Source of the DNA: an uncultured virus (IMG/VR IMGVR_UViG_3300009164_000065)
Lineage: Duplodnaviria; Heunggongvirae; Uroviricota; Caudoviricetes
Reading direction: 5' to 3' (one strand)
Length of the DNA: 64,000 bases
IMG/VR virus record: IMGVR_UViG_3300009164_000065
The notes beneath the pieces are model-generated. The model saw nothing but the letters and a program-made list of their open reading frames with translations, was not told the origin of the DNA and made no database searches. The position numbers and the translations under genes are program-made. Positions 38,945 to 50,800 of this stretch are shown in pieces. Every line of letters begins with the position of its first letter. Position 1 is the stretch's first letter.

Positions 38945-40156
38945 ATGTCACAAGCTCTATTTGAAGCAAAAAATTGGTCAGTTACTAAAGAAGCCCTTTT
39001 AGAAGGTCTATCTGGTCAACGCAAGACCACTATGGAAGTATGTTTAGAAAATACTAAGAAGTATTTGACAGAAAGTGCAACTGCCGGCGCAACAGCTAGC
39101 GGTAACATTTCTGTATTAAACAAGGTTATTTTACCAGTTATTCGTCGTGTAATGCCAACAACTATTGCTAACGAATTAGTTGGTGTACAACCAATGCAAG
39201 GTCCAGTTAGCCAGATCCACACTTTACGTGTACGTTATGCTGAAGCTGCCGCTGCCGCTACAGGTGCTGGTTCATACGCTGAAGGTAACATTGGTAAGGA
39301 AGTTCTTGCAAATGATGAAGCTTTAAGCCCATTTAGCATTGCTAGCCAATATTCAGGTACAACAACTGGCCGTGCCGCTGCCACAAGTTCACTTGAAGGT
39401 CAAGCTGGTAAGAAAATGAACATTCAGATCTTGAAAGAGACTGTTGAAGCTAAATCACGTAAGTTAAGCGCACGTTGGACATTTGAAGCGGCTCAAGACG
39501 CTCAAGCTATCCACGGTGTTGACGTTGAAGCTGAAATCATGGCTGCTTTAGCACAAGAAATTACTGCTGAAATTGACCAGGAAGTTATTGGTTCTTTAAT
39601 CAACTTAGCCGGCACACCATTTGGTACGTTTGACCAATCAGCAGTTAGCGGTACAGCTAACTTCGTTGGTGACCAACACGCTGCCTTGGCAGTATTGATC
39701 AACCGTGCCGCCAACGACATTGCTAGCCGTACACGTCGTGGTGCAGGTAACTACATTGTTGTAAGCCCAACAGCTTTAACAATTCTACAATCTGCTACTA
39801 CTTCAGCTTTTGCTCGTACTACAGAAGGTACATTTGAAGCTCCAACAAACACCAAGTTTGTTGGTACATTAAACAGCTCAGTTCGTGTTTATGTAAACCA
39901 TTACGCTGGCGATGCAAGTCCAGTTCTAATTGGTTACAAAGGTGCTAACGAGATGGATGCTCCAGCATTCTATTGCCCATACATTCCATTGATGAGCTCA
40001 GGTGTTGTTTTAGATCCAAACACATTCGAACCAACTGTCAGCTTTATGACACGTTATGGTTATGTTGAGTTGTCAAACACAGCGTCATCTCTAGGTAACG
40101 CTGCCGACTACGTTAACACAATCGCTATCGATAGTGCAAACCTAAGCTTCATCTAA
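38945..40156 (+). CDS. gp23: Major capsid protein, T4 gp23-like
   Basis: LPVIRRVMP..IA.ELVGVQPM.GP, SRKL.ARWT.EAAQD, EI.AEID.E, FYCPYIPL, MTRYG. Confidence 0.97.
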   Translation: MSQALFEAKNWSVTKEALLEGLSGQRKTTMEVCLENTKKYLTESATAGATASGNISVLNKVILPVIRRVMPTTIANELVGVQPMQGPVSQIHTLRVRYAEAAAAATGAGSYAEGNIGKEVLANDEALSPFSIASQYSGTTTGRAAATSSLEGQAGKKMNIQILKETVEAKSRKLSARWTFEAAQDAQAIHGVDVEAEIMAALAQEITAEIDQEVIGSLINLAGTPFGTFDQSAVSGTANFVGDQHAALAVLINRAANDIASRTRRGAGNYIVVSPTALTILQSATTSAFARTTEGTFEAPTNTKFVGTLNSSVRVYVNHYAGDASPVLIGYKGANEMDAPAFYCPYIPLMSSGVVLDPNTFEPTVSFMTRYGYVELSNTASSLGNAADYVNTIAIDSANLSFI

Positions 40157-40183
40157 TCTAACAAGATTAGTTAAGTTTAACTT

Positions 40184-40209
40184 GAAAAGGGCAGGCAACT
40201 GCCCTTTTC
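40184..40209 (+). terminator. Intrinsic terminator after capsid gene
   Basis: GAAAAGGGCAG-GCAA-CTGCCCTTTTC. Confidence 0.85.
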
Positions 40210-40226
40210 TATTGAGTAAATAAAGC

Positions 40227-40457
40227 ATGTTTACAAGTATGAAAATAAGATTAGAACGAGCAGGACATTGCCAAAAATGCGAACACTATCGTAGAAGTAT
40301 AAAGCAGTGTGCTCAATGCGGATGTTTGGTTAATCTAAAAGTAACAATAGCAAACGAAGCATGTCCAATCAAAAAATGGGGTCCGGTTGAACCAGGCAAT
40401 GATTTTATGGCTGATATTTCTAAAAAGGTACAAGAATTTTTAGTGTTAAAAAAGTGA
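40227..40457 (+). CDS. Small Cys-rich putative metal-binding protein
   Basis: C..C....C..CGC....K......CP..KW pattern. Confidence 0.7.
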   Translation: MFTSMKIRLERAGHCQKCEHYRRSIKQCAQCGCLVNLKVTIANEACPIKKWGPVEPGNDFMADISKKVQEFLVLKK

Positions 40458-40490
40458 TATTGGTAAATAAAGGAACAAGGAGCGGACCAC

Positions 40491-40937
40491 ATGCCTAAAT
40501 TAGACAGCTACGACGATTCTGATGCATTTTCATCAGTAAGTCCATTTGCACAAAAAAGTATTGATACTAAAATTGCCGCCGGCGGCTGGTCAAGTGCCGA
40601 CGAAGCCGCAAAAACAAAGGCAGTAGCTGATGCCGCCGCTCAAGTAGCAGTCCAAGGTGCTACAAACACATTAACCACAAACGACAAGTTTGGTGACTTT
40701 ATCAATAGTAAATGGCGCCCAATGATGGCATTCATTTATATGATTACATGTGCCACAGACTTTATTATATTTCCAGTATTATGGAGTGTACTACAGGCTG
40801 TACAAGGTGGCCAAGTAACAAGCCAATGGAGTCCACTAACATTACAAGGTGCAGGTTTGTATCATATTGCAATGGGTGCAGTATTAGGATTAGCCGCATA
40901 CGGGCGTAGTCAAGAAAAAATTGCAGGAAAATCTTAA
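40491..40937 (+). CDS. Putative holin (3-TM, GTA-holin-like)
   Basis: SKWRPMMAFIY...DFIIFP hydrophobic helix and C-terminal GAVLGLAAYGRSQEK. Confidence 0.7.
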   Translation: MPKLDSYDDSDAFSSVSPFAQKSIDTKIAAGGWSSADEAAKTKAVADAAAQVAVQGATNTLTTNDKFGDFINSKWRPMMAFIYMITCATDFIIFPVLWSVLQAVQGGQVTSQWSPLTLQGAGLYHIAMGAVLGLAAYGRSQEKIAGKS

Positions 40938-42046
40938 TGTCAATTAAAACAAACCACGTAGAGGAATCATTAACACCTCAATCTGGGGTCTTACAAGTCA
41001 GGGCGTCAGGTGCGTTTGGTTTACCAATTGGCACACAACAACAACGACCAACCGGAGTTGAAGGTTACATTCGTTATGCTACTAATTTTACATCACCTGA
41101 ATTTTTTGATGGTAACAATTGGCAATTATTGACAAGTAAAGAATATGTTGACTCAGCAATGAGCAACATTACACTTGATTCCTTGGTTGATGTTGAATCT
41201 GCGGCCCCAACAGATGGGCAAGTGATTACATATGATGCTAATCGAGGACAGTTTAAAACTCAAACTTTAGCTCTTAGCATTGTTACACGTTTATTTACAG
41301 GTGATGGTAACACACTAACATTTGATATTATTACCAGTGTCAGTTCAGTACAAGAATTAGTAGTAAGCATCAACGGTATATCACAAGAACCTTATTATAG
41401 TTACACAATAATTGATGGTCACATTATTAATTTTGATGAAGCACCAGAAGTTGGTGATAGAATTCAAGTCAAGATTTTAAAAAGTACAACTGCAACTGAC
41501 AGACCACGTCCACGAATAAAACAAATTTCATATGGCAATGTATCAAATTTTACAACAATTTCTATTGTTGCAACAGACATTACATATGGCACTGGTGTAA
41601 AAATTGGCAACCAGGCAATTACTAGAATTGATTATCCAACCCCAGAAATGATTCAGGTCATGATTGAGACAGACAGGATGATTGACAGTATGTGGAACTC
41701 GCCGCAAGACCTGGTGCTAATAGACACCAGTGGCAACGAGTTTACATTTAAGAACTTAATTAATTATGGTCAGTCAAAACCAAACTGGTCTAATTCAAAT
41801 GCCTATATAGGCACTTTTTCTGGTGGAGACACCATAAATTTTCCAATTGGCGTAAATAACGCTACAAGCCTATCATTAGGGCCTGCTTATGCAGGTGAGT
41901 CTGGTATTTCTTGGCTAGCCATAAGTTACAACAACATTGTTGGAACGGCTCCAAACAATAGCAGTCCAAGCAGATATGAAATCTCTATTACGGCCACAAA
42001 CGGTAGCGTTGCTATAACGAAAAACTACTGGTTGCTGGTAATTTAA
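40937..42046 (+). CDS. Virion structural / fibre-associated protein
   Basis: LP.GT..QRP...G.IRY module, L..L.DV...DGQV, FTGDG..V.ING..Q.P domain, C-terminal Ig-like segment. Confidence 0.65.
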   Translation: MSIKTNHVEESLTPQSGVLQVRASGAFGLPIGTQQQRPTGVEGYIRYATNFTSPEFFDGNNWQLLTSKEYVDSAMSNITLDSLVDVESAAPTDGQVITYDANRGQFKTQTLALSIVTRLFTGDGNTLTFDIITSVSSVQELVVSINGISQEPYYSYTIIDGHIINFDEAPEVGDRIQVKILKSTTATDRPRPRIKQISYGNVSNFTTISIVATDITYGTGVKIGNQAITRIDYPTPEMIQVMIETDRMIDSMWNSPQDLVLIDTSGNEFTFKNLINYGQSKPNWSNSNAYIGTFSGGDTINFPIGVNNATSLSLGPAYAGESGISWLAISYNNIVGTAPNNSSPSRYEISITATNGSVAITKNYWLLVI

Positions 42047-42127
42047 AATTCTCAAGTTGGCCGGCACCATACTTAAAAATGCCAAAAACAACAAGTTTCA
42101 TTAGAAACTTTTTCAGAGGATAAAAAC

Positions 42128-45100
42128 ATGCCTTTAATTAAAGCAAGATCGAGTTCGATCATTAACTCAGTTGACCTACGTGGTACACCAACTGCTGTTA
42201 CTGCTCCTGCTCATACTAGTACAACGCAACTAGCAACAACAGCGTTCGTTTCATCAGGAATTACAGACTTAATTAACTCAGCACCAGCTTTGTTAGACAC
42301 CTTGTCTGAATTGGCTGCTGCCATTGCCAATGACGAAAACTTTGCAACAACAATTGCTACTTCAATTGCAACCAAAGTAAATCGTTCAGGAGATACAATG
42401 ACAGGTTCATTATATCTATTCCAAGATCCAACATCTCCAAGCGAAGCTGTTAATAAAAACTACGTTGATTCCCAAATCAACGCACAAATGATTTATGATA
42501 CAGACGGACTTACAGAAGGTTCTTTAAACTTATATTATACAGCCGCTCGTGTACACAACGCTATCAGTTTAGCAAGTGACAACACAAATGTTCTTTCTTA
42601 TAACTCAGCAACAGGTGGGTTTACCTACACACATCCATCAAGCGATGGTATTTTAGAAGGTCAAACTAACTTATACTTCACAGCTGGTCGTGTTCGTAAT
42701 TCAATTAGCTTAAATTCAGATGACAATCAGATTTTAGGTTATAGTTCAACCACTGGCGAATTTACATTCACAACTCCAGACACTGACAAGATTGTTGAAG
42801 GTACAACAAACAAGTATTTCTTAACAAGTCGCGCCCGTGATTCAATTAGCAATGGTTCAAATATTGATTATGACTCAGCCACTGGTATTATCAGTACACA
42901 GGCTGCTGTTTGGTCAGTTAACGGTCAAACTCATGATGTAGTATTAGATACAGATGATATCAACGAAGGTTCAACAAACCTATACTTTACTAACGCTCGC
43001 GTAGGTGCCGCTATTAGTCTAACAACTGATAACTCAAACATCTTATCATACAGCTCGGGTACTGGTACATTTACATTTGTAACTCCATCAACTGATGCAA
43101 TCAGTGAAGGTACATCAAACTTGTATTATACAGATACTCGAGTTCGTGCCGCAGTAAGTGCAAGTGGCGACATTAGCTACAACGGTACTACAGGTAACTT
43201 CAGCTACTCAACACCAACAACTGATGGTGTAGCCGAAGGCGCAACTAACCTATACTTTACAAATGCAAGAGCCGCTGCCGCAATTAGCCTAACAACTGAC
43301 AATTCAGATGCATTAAGCTATAACACTGCTACTGGTACATTTACATTCAGCGTATCATCAATTAACTCTGATGAAATCACTGAAGGTGCAACTAACCTAT
43401 ACTTTACAACAGCTCGTGCTCGTGATTCAATTAGCACAAGTGGCTGGGGTAACCTAAGCTACAACAGTGCAACTGGTGTAATTGCAATTAGTGCTCCAAG
43501 TACAGATGATGTAACAGAAGGTTCAAACTTATACTTCACAACAACTCGTGCTCGTGACAGCGTAAGCGCAGTTGATGCAGGCGGCGACGGTAGTTTCAGC
43601 TACGATAGTGCAACTGGTGCATTTACTTACACAGGTCCAAGTGCTAGCGAAGTTCGTGCTCACTTTAGTGCTGACACAGCAACTGGTGCTCAATACGATA
43701 ATACAACTGGTACATTTAGCCTAGCTAGTATTCCAAATGCAAGCTTGACAAACAGTTCAGTAACAGTTAATGGTGCTACAGTAAGTTTAGGCGGTTCAAC
43801 AAGTTTTGGTACTGATTCCGTAACTGAAGAAACAAACTTGTACTTTACTAATGCTCGTTCACGTTCAGCTATCAGCTTAACAAGTAACAAGACAAGTGTT
43901 TTAGATTACAACAGCACAACTGGTGTATTCACATTTGACTTAGGTAATCAAACTACTGATGATATTGCCGAAGGTACTACAAACTTATATTTCACAACAC
44001 AACGTGCTCGTGACTCTGTAAGCGCAGTTGACGCAGGCGGTGACGGTAGTTTCAGCTACGATAGCGCAACTGGCGCATTCACTTACACAGGTCCAAGTGA
44101 CTCAGAAGTTCGTGCTCACTTTAGTGCTACTACAGCTTCTGGTGTAACATATGACAGCGCAACTGGTGTATTTGCTCTAAGTGCTATTCCAAATAGTTCA
44201 TTAGCAAATAGCAGTATTACTATCCAAGGCTATAATACAGCATTAGGTATGAGCTTAACATTTGATACAAGTGATGTAGCTGAAGGTACAAACTTATACT
44301 ACACACAGGCACGTTTTGATACAGCTTTGGCTGGTAAAACAACAAGTGATGTAGCTGAAGGTACAAACTTATACTACACACAAGCACGTTTTGATTCAGC
44401 ATTTGCCGCAAAATCTACAGCTGACTTAGCTGAAGATCCAAGTGCAACAGCAACAAGTGGTACACAATATTTCACACAAAGCCGCGCTCGTAACACACTA
44501 AGTGGTGGTACTGGTGTTACATACACAGCCGCAACTGGTGAAATTGCAATTGGTCAAGATGTTAGCACAACAAGTAACGTTACATTCAACGATTTAGTTG
44601 TAAATGGTGACTTAACAGTTAACGGCACAATGACTGCTGTAAATTCTACAACAGTTACTATTGCTGACTTAAACATCACTTTAGCACAAGGTAGCTCAAA
44701 TGCCGCTCAAGCCAACGGTGCAGGTATTACTGTTGACGGCTCAGGCGCCGCTATCACTTACCAAGTTGGAATTGATGGCTGGTCATTTAACAAGCCAGTA
44801 TCAGTTACAGGAACTATTACAGCCACTGACGAAATTGATGCTCCATTATTCCGTGGTCCATTGGTTGGTGATGTCACAGGTAATGTTACTGGTGATTTGT
44901 ATGGTAATGCTACATCCGCTACAAGACTACAAACAGCTCGTAACATTCAAGGCGTAAGTTTTGATGGTACAGGTAACATCACTGTTGTTACAGCAGGTAC
45001 AGGTGTTACTGTTTCTGGTACTGAAGTTTCAATTGGACAAGCAGTTGGTACAGGCGATAGCGTTTCATTTGCTGGTGTAACATCAACATTTACTGGTAAC

Positions 45101-47028
45101 CTAACTGGTAATGTTCTTGGTAACGTTACAGGTACAGTAAGCAGCCTAAGCAATCACTCAACTGATGACTTATCTGAAGGCGTAACAAACCAGTATTTCT
45201 TGACATCACGTGCTCGTGATTCAGTAAGTGCTACTACAGCATCTGGTGTTACATACAACAGCGCAACTGGTGTATTTGCTCTAAGTGCTATTCCAAATAG
45301 TTCATTAGCAAACAGCTCAGTTACAGTCAACGGTGCAACTGTAAGCCTAGGCGGTTCAACAAGCTTTGGTACTGATTCAGTAACTGAAGAAACAAACTTG
45401 TACTTTACTAATGCTCGTGCTCGCAGTGCTATTAGCTTGACAACAAGCGACAGTTCTACATTAAGCTACAACAGCACAACTGGTGAATTTGTGTTTGACC
45501 TAGCTGGTATTAGCACAGACGAAGTTACAGAAGGCGTAACAAACTTATATTTCACAACACAACGTGCTCGTGATTCAGTAAGTATTGTTGATGCAGGCGG
45601 TGACGGTTCATTTGCTTATGATTCAGCAACTGGTGTATTCACATACACAGGTCCAAATGACTCAGAAGTTCGTGCTCACTTTAGTGCTGACACAGCAACT
45701 GGTGCCCAGTATGACACAGCAACTGGTACATTTAGCCTAGCAAGTATTCCAAACAGCAGTTTGGTTAATACTACTGTTGAAATCAACGGTACAACAGTTA
45801 CTTTAGGTGGCAGCAACAGCTTTGGTACAGACAGCGTTACTGAAGGTACAACCAACAAGTATTACTTAGACAGTCGTGCTCGTAATGCCATTAGCTTAAC
45901 TTCTGATAACTTAGATGCATTAAGTTATGATGCAGCCACTGGTACATTTGCATTCTCATTAGCAACAGTCGTAACAGATGAAATTACTGAAGGTGCAACT
46001 AACTTATACTTTACAACAGCTCGTGCTCGTGATTCAATTAGCACAAGCGGTTGGGCTAACCTAAGCTACGATAACGTAACTGGCATTATCAGTATTAGTG
46101 CCCCAAGCACAAGTGATGTAACAGAAGGCACAAACCTATACTTTACTGAAGCTCGTGCTCGTAGTGCAATCAGCTTAACAACTGATAACACTGATGCATT
46201 AAGCTACGATAGCGTAACTGGTACATTTAGCTTCACATTAAACTCTGTTGATACAGATGAAATTGCTGAAGGCGCTACTAACAAGTACTTTACAACAGCT
46301 CGTGCTCGTGATAGCGTAAACAACGGTAGTAACATTGATTATGATTCAGCAACAGGTACAATCAGCACACAAGCGGCTGTTTGGAGTGTTAATGGTCAAA
46401 CTCATGATGTAGTATTAGATACAGATAATATCAACGAAGGTTCAACAAACTTATACTACACAGATGCCCGCGCTGCCATGGCAATCAGTCTAACAACTGA
46501 TAACTCAAGCATCTTGTCATATGCACAAGGTACTGGTACATTTACATTTGTAACACCAACAACTGATGCAATCAGTAAGGTGCAGTAAACTTGTACTATA
46601 CAGATGCTCGTGCAGATGCACGTATTGGTAACGCAAGCGTATTTGATTTATCAGACGTTGCTCTAGGCGGTTCAACATTAACTGACGGTTATACACTTGT
46701 ATGGTCTTCAGCTACTCAGAACTTTGTTCCACAAAACGTTGCTGTAACAGCTACAACGTTAAACTTCACAGGTGATGGTACTACATTATCATTCAACACT
46801 GGAGTTGAAGTAACATCAATTGACAACACGCAAGTTTATATTAACGGTTTGATTCAAGCCCCAACATATTCTTACACAATGTCAACAGTTAACGGTGAAA
46901 CAAGTATTGAGTTTGATACAGCACCAGAAGCTAACGATTACATTTATGTTCGTGTAAGCGCAACATCAACCTTAACAGCTGGTGGTGTTCTAAACGAATC
47001 AAGTAATATTGATGGTGGTACATACTAA
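42128..47028 (+). CDS. Long repeat-rich fibre protein, split by a 1-nt deletion at 46576/46577
   Basis: GTPTA.T...TQLATTAFV and APALLDTL.ELAAA fibre motifs; about 20 EG.TNLY(F/Y)T..RAR repeats; ORFs 42128-46588 and 46591-47028 join if one G is restored. Confidence 0.8.
44267..44395 (+). repeat. Tandem 75-nt coding repeat (TSDVAEGTNLYYTQARFD), 2 copies
   Basis: Near-identical copies starting 44267 and 44342. Confidence 0.9.
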
Positions 47029-47059
47029 TTAATAACTGTTAGTTATTAAATAGGTACAA

Positions 47060-47092
47060 AGAAGGGTGTAGAAATACACCCTTCTTCTTTTT
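47060..47092 (+). terminator. Intrinsic terminator
   Basis: GAAGGGTGTA-GAAA-TACACCCTTC followed by TTCTTTTT. Confidence 0.85.
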
Positions 47093-47100
47093 GCCCATTG

Positions 47101-47108
47101 TATAAATA
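47101..47108 (+). promoter_or_regulatory. Late promoter, exact T4 consensus TATAAATA
   Basis: TATAAATA just after terminator and upstream of a structural gene. Confidence 0.65.
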
Positions 47109-47165
47109 TAATGCAACAACAATCAACAGATAGCCCAATGGTTAACTAGCAAATCAGGAATAACA

Positions 47166-47720
47166 GTGCCCATTTTTCGTGGTAAAAACTTTGTCAGCGC
47201 AGTATCTGATTACAAGGACAGCGTCCGAGTAGTATTGCGTTCCAATATTCAAATTAATGGAACCGTTTCTCAAATTGATGGAGTAGTATTAGAAGATAAG
47301 GATAGAGTACTGGTTGTTGGCCAATCAACCACATCAGAAAACGGAATTTATGCATGGGCAACCGGTACGCAAAAACTAACCAGATCTAACGATGCAGATT
47401 CTATATTTGAGTTAAGCACTGGTGTTAAAGTTTTTGTTGCTGAAGGAACTAATAATGCCAGATCTTCTTGGGTATTAATAACAAATGGTGTTATCAATCC
47501 TGGTGTTACAGGTCTAGTATGGACAAAAGAATTGCAATCTGGCAACGTTGCCAACGTTGGTGTATTTGGAGACAGCACCAAAACATTAAAAATTACAGTT
47601 GATGAAACTGGACAAGTAGATAGTGTTGAGGAAATTACTTTGAATGCAGATAACATTGCAGAAGGACAAATCAATCGCTTCTTTACCAACTATAGTAGTG
47701 TAGACGGCGGCGAATTTTAA
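47166..47720 (+). CDS. Fibre/head-decoration-type structural protein
   Basis: K.SVRV...IDGV.L...DRVLV..Q....ENGIY...LTRS.DAD module common in phage fibres; C-terminal DGGEF; GTG start. Confidence 0.65.
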   Translation: MPIFRGKNFVSAVSDYKDSVRVVLRSNIQINGTVSQIDGVVLEDKDRVLVVGQSTTSENGIYAWATGTQKLTRSNDADSIFELSTGVKVFVAEGTNNARSSWVLITNGVINPGVTGLVWTKELQSGNVANVGVFGDSTKTLKITVDETGQVDSVEEITLNADNIAEGQINRFFTNYSSVDGGEF

Positions 47721-47828
47721 CACCCAAAATACTTCTTATCAGTAAGATTATACATCAGTCAGGTAAATAGACACGGAAGAGCAAGACCGATCACCTTGCT
47801 ATAACCCCAATATGGAGTAAATACTCAA

Positions 47829-50800
47829 ATGGCCAATACAATCGTATTAAAGCGTAGTGCAACACCTGGCAAAACACCAACAGCCAATCAGTTGTCACTA
47901 GGCGAAATTGCTATCAACACCTATGATGGCAAAATTTTTATCAAGAAAGACAATGGTACGCCTAGCGTTATTGAAATTGGTGGCTTAACATCAGTTAACA
48001 GTATGACTGGCGCTGTTGTTTTAGGCACTGACGACATTGCCGAAGGTTCAAACCACTTATATTTTACAAATGCTCGTGCTCGTAGCGCAATTAGCGCAGG
48101 TGCAGGCATCAGTTATAACAGCGCAACAGGTGTTATTACTGCAAACATCAACAGTTCAGCACCAACATTCTCAACTTTAACGTTGACTGGCGATGCTACT
48201 GTTAAAAACATTATCCCAAGCGCAGATAACACATACAGCTTAGGTAGCGCATCAATGCAATGGAAAGACGTTTTCGTCGGTCCAGGTTCTTTATACATTA
48301 ACGGTAAAGAAGTTGTAAGCGAATCTAGCGGTACAATGACATTCAGTGCTGACACTGACCAGAACATGCGTATTACTACAACTGGTACTGGTTTATTACA
48401 ATTAGGCTCAAGCTCAACAGGTGTTAACGTTGACGGTACACTACAAATTGCCGCAGGCAAACGTATTACATCAAGTGATGGCGTTAAAGTTCAACTAGGT
48501 GATGACTTAGAATTAAATGGTAACAAAGTTATCGGTCTTGGTGCTCCAAGTGCCAATACAGATGCTGCCACAAAGAAATATGTTGATGACTCAGTTAGTG
48601 CAATTAGCACATCATCACTAAGCCAAGGAAACTCAAACGTTCAAGTTGTTGACACAGGTACTGGTCAAGTAACAGTTACAGTTGACGGTAATACTGCATT
48701 GACAGTTACAAGCGCAGGCGTTGTAATTGCTGGTAATATGACAGTTAACGGTACAACTACTACTGTAAACTCAAACACAATCGCTTTAGCTGACAACATT
48801 ATTACTTTAAACAGTGATACAACAGGCGCTCCAACACAAAACGCTGGCGTTGAAGTTGAACGCGGTGACGAAGCTAACGTTCAATTACGTTGGAACGAAG
48901 GTTCGGGCAAGTGGACATTCACAAACAACGGCGCTGTATACTACCCAATGGCAGTTGGTACAGATGACTTAGTAGAAGGTTCTACTAACTTATACTTCAC
49001 ACAAGGTCGTGCTCGTAACTCATTCAGTGTTACAAGTAACACTGGTTTAAGCTATAACAGCGCAACAGGCGTATTTGGTTTAGGTAGCATTCCAAACACA
49101 TCACTATCTAACAACAGCATTACCATCAACGGTGCTTCTGTTGCATTAGGTGGTACACGTACATTGGGTACAGACGATGTTGCTGAAGGTTCAACAAACT
49201 TATACTACTCAAACACTCGCGCACGTGGTGCAGTAAGTGCAACTGGTACAGGTTTAAGCTATAACAGCACAACTGGTGTATTCAGCTCAAATGCTACTAA
49301 CTTGAGCACAAATAGTGCAATCGTTGCACGTGATGCAAGCGGCAACTTTAGTGCTGGTACAATCACAGCCGCATTAAGCGGTAATGCAAGTACAGCAACA
49401 GCACTAGCCAACAGCCGTACAATTGCCTTAACAGGTGATGCAACAGCCAGCGGTTCATTTGACGGCAGTGCAAACTACAGTCAAGCATTGACACTTGCTA
49501 CAGTTAACAGCAACGTTGGACAATTTGGTTCAGCAACAGCTATTCCAGTAGTTACAGTTAACGCAAAAGGTTTAGTAACAGCAGTTTCAACAACAGCAGT
49601 TTCTATTCCAAGCGGTGCTTTAACATTCACTGGTGACGTAACTGGTACAGGTACAACAGGTAGCTCAACAGCGTTGACAATTTCAGCACTAGCAGTTACT
49701 AACGGTATGTTAGCTGGTTCAATTGCCAACAGCAAGTTATCAAACAGCAGTGTTACAGTTGGTTCTACAGCAATCGCATTAGGTGCAAGTTCAACAACAT
49801 TGGCTGGTTTAACAAGCGTTACATCAACAGCTTTCGTTGGTGCTTTAACTGGTAACGCAAGTACAGTAACTAACGGTGTTTATACAACAGACACAGGTAC
49901 AGTTACAAACACAATGTTAGCTGGTTCAATTGCTACAAGCAAGATTACTGGTTTAGCCGCATCTGCTACAACAGATACAACAAGTGCTACAAACATTACA
50001 AGTGGTACATTACCAAGTGCTCGTTTAAGCGGTTCTTATACTGGTATTACTGCGGTTGGTACACTAACAGCTGGTTCAGTTCCTGCTAGCTTAATCACTG
50101 GGTTGTCATCAAGTGCTACAACAGATACATCTAATGCAAGTAACATTAGTTCTGGTACATTGGCAAATGCTCGTACAACAGCTACTAACTTAAACACAGC
50201 AAGTGCTATTGTTGCACGTGATGCAAGCGGTAACTTTACAGCTGGCACAATCACAGCCGCTTTAACAGGTAATGTAACTGGTAACGTAACAGGTAACACA
50301 GCTGGTACACATACTGGTGCAGTAGTTGGTAATGCAAGTACAGCAACTGCACTACAAACAGCTCGTACAATCAGCGGAACAAGTTTCGACGGTAGTGCAA
50401 ACATTACGTTGACAACAGCTGGTATTACAGAAGCAACAAACTTGTACTTTACAGATGCTCGTGCAGTTAGTGCTAACGCAAGTGCTATTGCTACTGCCAA
50501 GAGTGAAGCGATCAGTACAGCCGCAGCCGATGCAACTAGTAAAGCAAATGCCGCTCAAGCAGCCGCTATTGCCGCAGTTACAAACGGTGCAGGTGCTGCC
50601 TTTGACACATTGAAAGAAATTCAAGATTTAATGGCCACTGATGCTGAGTTGTCAAGTGCTATTTCTGCTATTACTAACGTACCAAGTGCAACTAAATTGC
50701 AAACAGCTCGTACAATTCAAGGCGTAAGCTTTGACGGTACAGCGGCAATCACAGTTGTTACAGCTGGTACAGGTATCAGCGTAAGTGGTACAGCAGTTAC

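Noticed and set aside
42800..46576. Regularly spaced GAAGG...AACTTATAC repeats as a CRISPR array
   Set aside because: Degenerate, in-frame coding repeats with synonymous variation and 75-300 nt spacing; no cas genes
50036..50500. 154-aa minus-strand ORF and similar short antisense ORFs in fibre and baseplate genes
   Set aside because: Antisense shadows caused by biased codon usage
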